Sequence record: SRR2962707_4385
Strand: one strand, 5' to 3'
DNA length: 44,049 nt
A model generated the notes under the pieces. That model was not told the DNA's origin, did not search any database, and saw nothing but the letters and a program-made list of their open reading frames with translations. A program made the translations under genes and the position numbers. Shown here piece by piece: positions 39,715 through 44,049 of this stretch (position 1 is the first letter of the stretch; the number at the start of each line of letters is the position of its first letter).

Positions 39715-40686
39715 ATGGCAAGAATACTCACAGGTATCCAAAGTTCCGGAAAGCCTCACTTAGGCAACCTTCTGGGTGCAATTATACCCGCTATTGAATT
39801 ATCAAAGAACAAGGATAATGAATCCTTCTTTTTCATCGCGGATTTGCACTCTCTTACTACCATCAAAGATCCGCAAGTTCGCACAGAAAATGTAAACGCA
39901 GTGGCAGCTGCATGGTTGGCCTGTGGTTTTGACACCTCTGCCAATACCTTTTATCGTCAATCCAGGGTACCTGCCTGCTGTGAGCTCACATGGTATCTGA
40001 ATTGTTTCACTCCATTCCCCATGCTGGCAAATGCACATTCATTTAAAGACAAATCTGATCGCTTAGCAGACGTCAATGCCGGGCTTTTTGATTACCCGGT
40101 ATTGATGGCTTCCGATATTTTACTTTATGATGCCGACTTTGTACCGGTAGGCAAAGATCAGAAACAGCACCTGGAAATGACCAGGGATATCGCCTCTACT
40201 TTCAATCATCAATTTGGAGAGATATTCGTTTTACCTGAAGCATTGATTGATGATAATGTAATGACCATACCGGGAATTGATGGTCAAAAAATGAGCAAAA
40301 GCTACGGCAACATTATTGATGTTTTTCTTCCTGAGAAAAAGCTTCGAAAAAACGTAATGCAAATTATCACAGATAGTACACCAATGGAAGAGCCGAAAAA
40401 CCCTGATACCTGCAATGTTTTTTCTATCTATAAACTTTTGGCTTCAGAAGATCAAGTCAAACAAATGCGCGCCAACTATGAGGGTGGCAATTATGGCTAT
40501 GGCCATGCTAAGCAAGAGCTTTTTGAACTACTGCTAGATCGGTTTAAAGAGGAGAGAGAAAAATTTGATTATTACATGTCTAACCTTGATGAGTTAGAAG
40601 GAGAACTACAGAAAGGTGAAGTGAAAGCTGCAGAGGTGGCCAATGAAGTTTTAATGCGAGTGAAGAAAAAACTGGGCTATGCCTAA
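39715..40686 (+). CDS. trpS: Tryptophan--tRNA ligase
   Basis: LTGIQSSG.PHLGN (HIGH), ADLHSLT, YPVLMASDIL, VPVGKDQKQH and KMSKS. Confidence 0.96.
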   Translation: MARILTGIQSSGKPHLGNLLGAIIPAIELSKNKDNESFFFIADLHSLTTIKDPQVRTENVNAVAAAWLACGFDTSANTFYRQSRVPACCELTWYLNCFTPFPMLANAHSFKDKSDRLADVNAGLFDYPVLMASDILLYDADFVPVGKDQKQHLEMTRDIASTFNHQFGEIFVLPEALIDDNVMTIPGIDGQKMSKSYGNIIDVFLPEKKLRKNVMQIITDSTPMEEPKNPDTCNVFSIYKLLASEDQVKQMRANYEGGNYGYGHAKQELFELLLDRFKEEREKFDYYMSNLDELEGELQKGEVKAAEVANEVLMRVKKKLGYA

Positions 40687-40693
40687 TTCGGAA

Positions 40694-42400
40694 ATGGAAG
40701 CAAAAAGTAAAGCAACTAATTGGCTTAAAGCAGCCAATATGGACGCTTCTTCAAAGCAAGAAATAGAAGCACTCTTACTAAATCAGGAAGAACTTGACGA
40801 GGCATTTTTAAACGACCTGGAGTTTGGAACCGGAGGGTTGAGAGGAATCATGGGGATCGGCACCAATCGGATGAATAAGTATACGGTTGGCATGGCTACC
40901 CAGGGGTTTGCCAATTACCTAAAAAGTCAATTTTCCAATGAAATTAAAGTGGCTATCGCTTTTGACAGCCGGAATAACAGTCAGCTTTTTGCAGAAACCA
41001 CTGCCCATGTTTTCTCAGCAAATGGAATCCAAGTATTTCTCTTTGAGGATTTACGTCCCACCCCTGAATTATCATTTGCCATCCGCAACCTGGGTTGTCA
41101 GGGTGGTGTGGTAATTACAGCCTCTCATAACCCAAAGGAGTACAATGGTTACAAAGCCTATTGGAATGATGGAGGACAGCTTGTTCCTCCGCATGACAAA
41201 AATGTAATTGAAGAAGTGAAAAAGATTAACTCAATCGATGAGATCAATTTTGAGTCGAATCCTTCTTTAATACAGAAAATCGGTGAAGACATGGATCGGG
41301 CCTATCTCGATATGATCAAGAACCTTTCACTCTCACCAGACGCCATTTCAGCTCATCGTGATATGAATATTGTTTTTTCTTCCATTCATGGAACAGGCAT
41401 CACCATGGTACCCAGAGCTCTTGAGGAATTAGGATTTAAAAATATTCATGTTGTTGAGGAGCAGAAAACGCCCGACGGTAATTTCCCAACCGTGGTTTAC
41501 CCAAATCCGGAAGAGGAAGAAGCTATGACTCTGGCACTCAAAAAAGCAAAGGAGATTGACGCTGATATTGTAATGGCCACTGACCCGGACGCTGACCGTG
41601 TAGGAATAGCCGTGAAAAATTCTGAAGAGAACTTTCAGCTGCTCAATGGAAATCAGACCGGAGCATTGCTGGTTTTTTACCTGATGAAAAAATGGACAGA
41701 GAAAGGATTGAAGGGAAATGAGTACATCGGCAAAACCATTGTCACAACAGAGTTGATTAGAGACATTGCTAATAGTTTCAACACAAAATGCTATGATACC
41801 CTAACAGGCTTTAAGTGGATTGCCGATATGATCCGTCGCAAAGAGGGAGACGAAGTATTTATAGGTGGAGGTGAAGAAAGCTACGGATATATGATTGGCG
41901 AAGAGGTGAGAGACAAAGATGCAGTGGCGAGCAGTGTTATTATCGCAGAGATGGCAGCCTGGGCAAAAACACAGGGATTGACTGTATTTGAACTACTTCT
42001 GCAGATTTATAAAACCTATGGTGTTTATTATGAAGAGCTTAAATCGATCACAAAAAAAGGTCTTCAGGGTGCGGAGGAAATAAAGCGAATGATGGAAAAC
42101 TTCAGAAATGCTCCACCTGAAACGTTGGCTGGATCACAGGTAACCACCCTAATTGATTATTTGGAAGGAGTAAAAATTAATTCATCCGGGAAAAAAGAAG
42201 CTGTCAATTTTCCTAAATCAAATGTGCTTCAATATCTTACCGAAGATGGAACGAAAGTAAGCGTAAGACCATCGGGGACTGAGCCGAAAATTAAATTTTA
42301 TTTTTCGGTTAGGAGTGAATTTAACAATGGGAGCTATATAGAAATAGAAGAAAAATTGAAGGGTAAAATCCATAACTTACTGAACGACTTGAATTTGTGA
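40694..42400 (+). CDS. pgm: Phosphoglucomutase / phosphomannomutase (phospho-sugar mutase)
   Basis: LEFGTGGLRG, the phosphoserine motif TASHNP, the metal loop DPDADR, GEESYG and RPSGTEPK. An alternative start at 40679 overlaps the trpS stop. Confidence 0.92.
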   Translation: MEAKSKATNWLKAANMDASSKQEIEALLLNQEELDEAFLNDLEFGTGGLRGIMGIGTNRMNKYTVGMATQGFANYLKSQFSNEIKVAIAFDSRNNSQLFAETTAHVFSANGIQVFLFEDLRPTPELSFAIRNLGCQGGVVITASHNPKEYNGYKAYWNDGGQLVPPHDKNVIEEVKKINSIDEINFESNPSLIQKIGEDMDRAYLDMIKNLSLSPDAISAHRDMNIVFSSIHGTGITMVPRALEELGFKNIHVVEEQKTPDGNFPTVVYPNPEEEEAMTLALKKAKEIDADIVMATDPDADRVGIAVKNSEENFQLLNGNQTGALLVFYLMKKWTEKGLKGNEYIGKTIVTTELIRDIANSFNTKCYDTLTGFKWIADMIRRKEGDEVFIGGGEESYGYMIGEEVRDKDAVASSVIIAEMAAWAKTQGLTVFELLLQIYKTYGVYYEELKSITKKGLQGAEEIKRMMENFRNAPPETLAGSQVTTLIDYLEGVKINSSGKKEAVNFPKSNVLQYLTEDGTKVSVRPSGTEPKIKFYFSVRSEFNNGSYIEIEEKLKGKIHNLLNDLNL

Positions 42401-42513
42401 ACGAATCACTAATAATTGGATTAAATACTTCAAAAGTGTTAATTTGCGAAGATTAGAGAGATTACACGAACGAATCATCTAAATAGTGAGTCACCAATCT
42501 AACCGATACTGAA

Positions 42514-43521
42514 TTGAGTACTATAGCATTAAACTTTTTGCTGGTAATTGTGGGGTTTGTGCTTCTTATCAAAGGAGCAGATTATCTGGTGAATGGCGCT
42601 TCATCTTTAGCCAAACGTTTCAATGTATCAGACATAGCAATTGGTCTTACTGTAGTGGCAATGGGAACCTCTGCCCCGGAGTTGGTGGTGAATATTATTT
42701 CAGGCTCTGTTCAGGACGGTAACTCAGGAGCCAATGAAGTGGTTTTTGGTAACATCATTGGTTCAAATATCTTCAACATATTTCTTATTTTGGGTGTCTC
42801 CGCAGTTATCTATCCACTTACTGTGGAAAGAAATGCCCTTTGGAAAGAGGTGCCTTATTCGCTTCTTGCCACCATCATTTTCTTTATTCTGGTCAATGAT
42901 GTTCTCTTCTTCGGTGCTGAAAAGAATGGACTTGAAGTGCAGGACGGAATTATTCTACTTGTCATGTTTGTCCTGTTTCTCGTCTACATCTTCATGAATT
43001 TGAGCAGAAACCCGGAAGCGGAAGTAGAAGACATAGAAATTCACGGAAGTCTGAAAACCACCGTAATGATCGTTCTGGGGATCGTTGGATTAGTTTTTGG
43101 TGGTAACCTGATTGTTGAAAATGCAGTGACTATTGCAAAATTCTTTAAGGTAAGTGATAAGATGATTGGTCTGACCATCCTGGCAGCTGGTACCTCTTTA
43201 CCTGAACTGGCTACCTCTGCTGTAGCAGCCTTCAACAAAAAATCAGATATCGCAGTTGGAAATATCGTGGGATCAAATATTTTCAACCTACTCCTTGTAT
43301 TAGGTGCAACTTCCATCGTACATGCGCCTCTTATTTACACAGCATCGCTAAATACTGACCTATTCATAGTCATGCTGGGAACACTCATGCTTTTCTTATT
43401 CATGTTTACACTGAATAAGTATAAGTTGGACCGTGCCGAAGGAATGGTATACCTCATTGGCTTTATTGCCTATTCGTATTACCTTTTTGTAAGGGAAGAT
43501 ATCCTTCCGGGTTTATTTTAA
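42514..43521 (+). CDS. Calcium/sodium antiporter (CaCA family, YrbG-like)
   Basis: Two alpha repeats, GTSAPE..GNIIGSNIFN and GTSLPE..GNIVGSNIFN, about 10 TM segments and a TTG start. Confidence 0.92.
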   Translation: MSTIALNFLLVIVGFVLLIKGADYLVNGASSLAKRFNVSDIAIGLTVVAMGTSAPELVVNIISGSVQDGNSGANEVVFGNIIGSNIFNIFLILGVSAVIYPLTVERNALWKEVPYSLLATIIFFILVNDVLFFGAEKNGLEVQDGIILLVMFVLFLVYIFMNLSRNPEAEVEDIEIHGSLKTTVMIVLGIVGLVFGGNLIVENAVTIAKFFKVSDKMIGLTILAAGTSLPELATSAVAAFNKKSDIAVGNIVGSNIFNLLLVLGATSIVHAPLIYTASLNTDLFIVMLGTLMLFLFMFTLNKYKLDRAEGMVYLIGFIAYSYYLFVREDILPGLF

Positions 43522-43533
43522 AAACCATATATC

Positions 43534-44049
43534 ATGCTACCAAAGATTGACCCAACGACAACCAAGTCATGGGCAAAACTTCGTGAATACGCTAACAAAA
43601 AAAACAGCATAAGAGATCTTCTACTCGATCCATCTCGCCTGGATAAGTTTACTTTCAACTTCAATGACTTTCATTTCGACTTTTCCAAAAATGAAGTATC
43701 TGATGAAGTCATGGATGAACTCCTTTCCCTGGCAAATGAATGTGGGCTTTCAGCTGCCATTCATTCAATGTTTGCTGGCGAGGAAATCAATGAAACGGAG
43801 AAACGAGCCGTACAGCATGTTGCTTTGAGAAGCTCCGAAAAAGAAGAAGTAAAAAAGGAATTAGCAAAAGTCAGATCATTTTCAAATAAGTTGCTAGATG
43901 GCAACTGGAAAGGGTACACCAATAAGTCCATTACTGATATCGTAAATATCGGTATTGGAGGCTCTGACCTGGGGCCAAAAATGGTCACATATGCATTAAA
44001 GCCTTATTGGAAAAACATCACCCCACATTTCATTTCCAATGTGGATGCT
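43534..44049 (+). CDS. pgi: Glucose-6-phosphate isomerase, 5' part (runs off the window end)
   Basis: Hand translation gives MLPKIDPTTTKSW..DFSKN..MFAGEEINETEKRAVQHVALR..DIVNIGIGGSDLGP..HFISNVDA, open to the end of the window. Confidence 0.95.
   Translation, partial: MLPKIDPTTTKSWAKLREYANKKNSIRDLLLDPSRLDKFTFNFNDFHFDFSKNEVSDEVMDELLSLANECGLSAAIHSMFAGEEINETEKRAVQHVALRSSEKEEVKKELAKVRSFSNKLLDGNWKGYTNKSITDIVNIGIGGSDLGPKMVTYALKPYWKNITPHFISNVDA

Overview
Core-chromosome window from a Bacteroidota bacterium, probably a Cytophagales member. This assignment is inferred from the SusC/SusD pair, TAnnTTTG -7 promoter boxes, split transketolase, stand-alone gyrB and DUF1573/DUF3124 genes. It holds about 30 densely packed genes: a ybbP-ybbA/tesA ABC-esterase module, mtaB-FAH-M23-bcp, an M28 peptidase, a SusCD pair with no CAZymes, split transketolase, a class III aminotransferase, a purine nucleoside phosphorylase, divergent gcdH/kynA, gyrB, an M1 peptidase, trpS, a phosphosugar mutase, a Ca/Na antiporter and the 5' part of pgi. 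I found no rRNA, tRNA, CRISPR array, integrase or transposase. The most unusual item is a 1449-aa, roughly 12-TM protein that joins Cache-like extracytoplasmic sensors to a degenerate cytoplasmic STAND/AAA-like P-loop module, with no kinase, cyclase or MCP output. Other oddities are a TPR-TM-DHp sensor lacking the HATPase domain, a two-lobed aspartic protease-PDZ protein with Asn at its second catalytic Asp, and a MORN-repeat/beta-barrel fusion coupled to kynA. There is also a 450-bp intergenic region with two TACC-N8-GGTATTT palindromes and an orphan terminator, GTCA-footed REP-like repeats on both sides of ybbP, and an unannotated 40-aa membrane ORF after gyrB. All domain calls come from reading motifs by eye; no searches were run.
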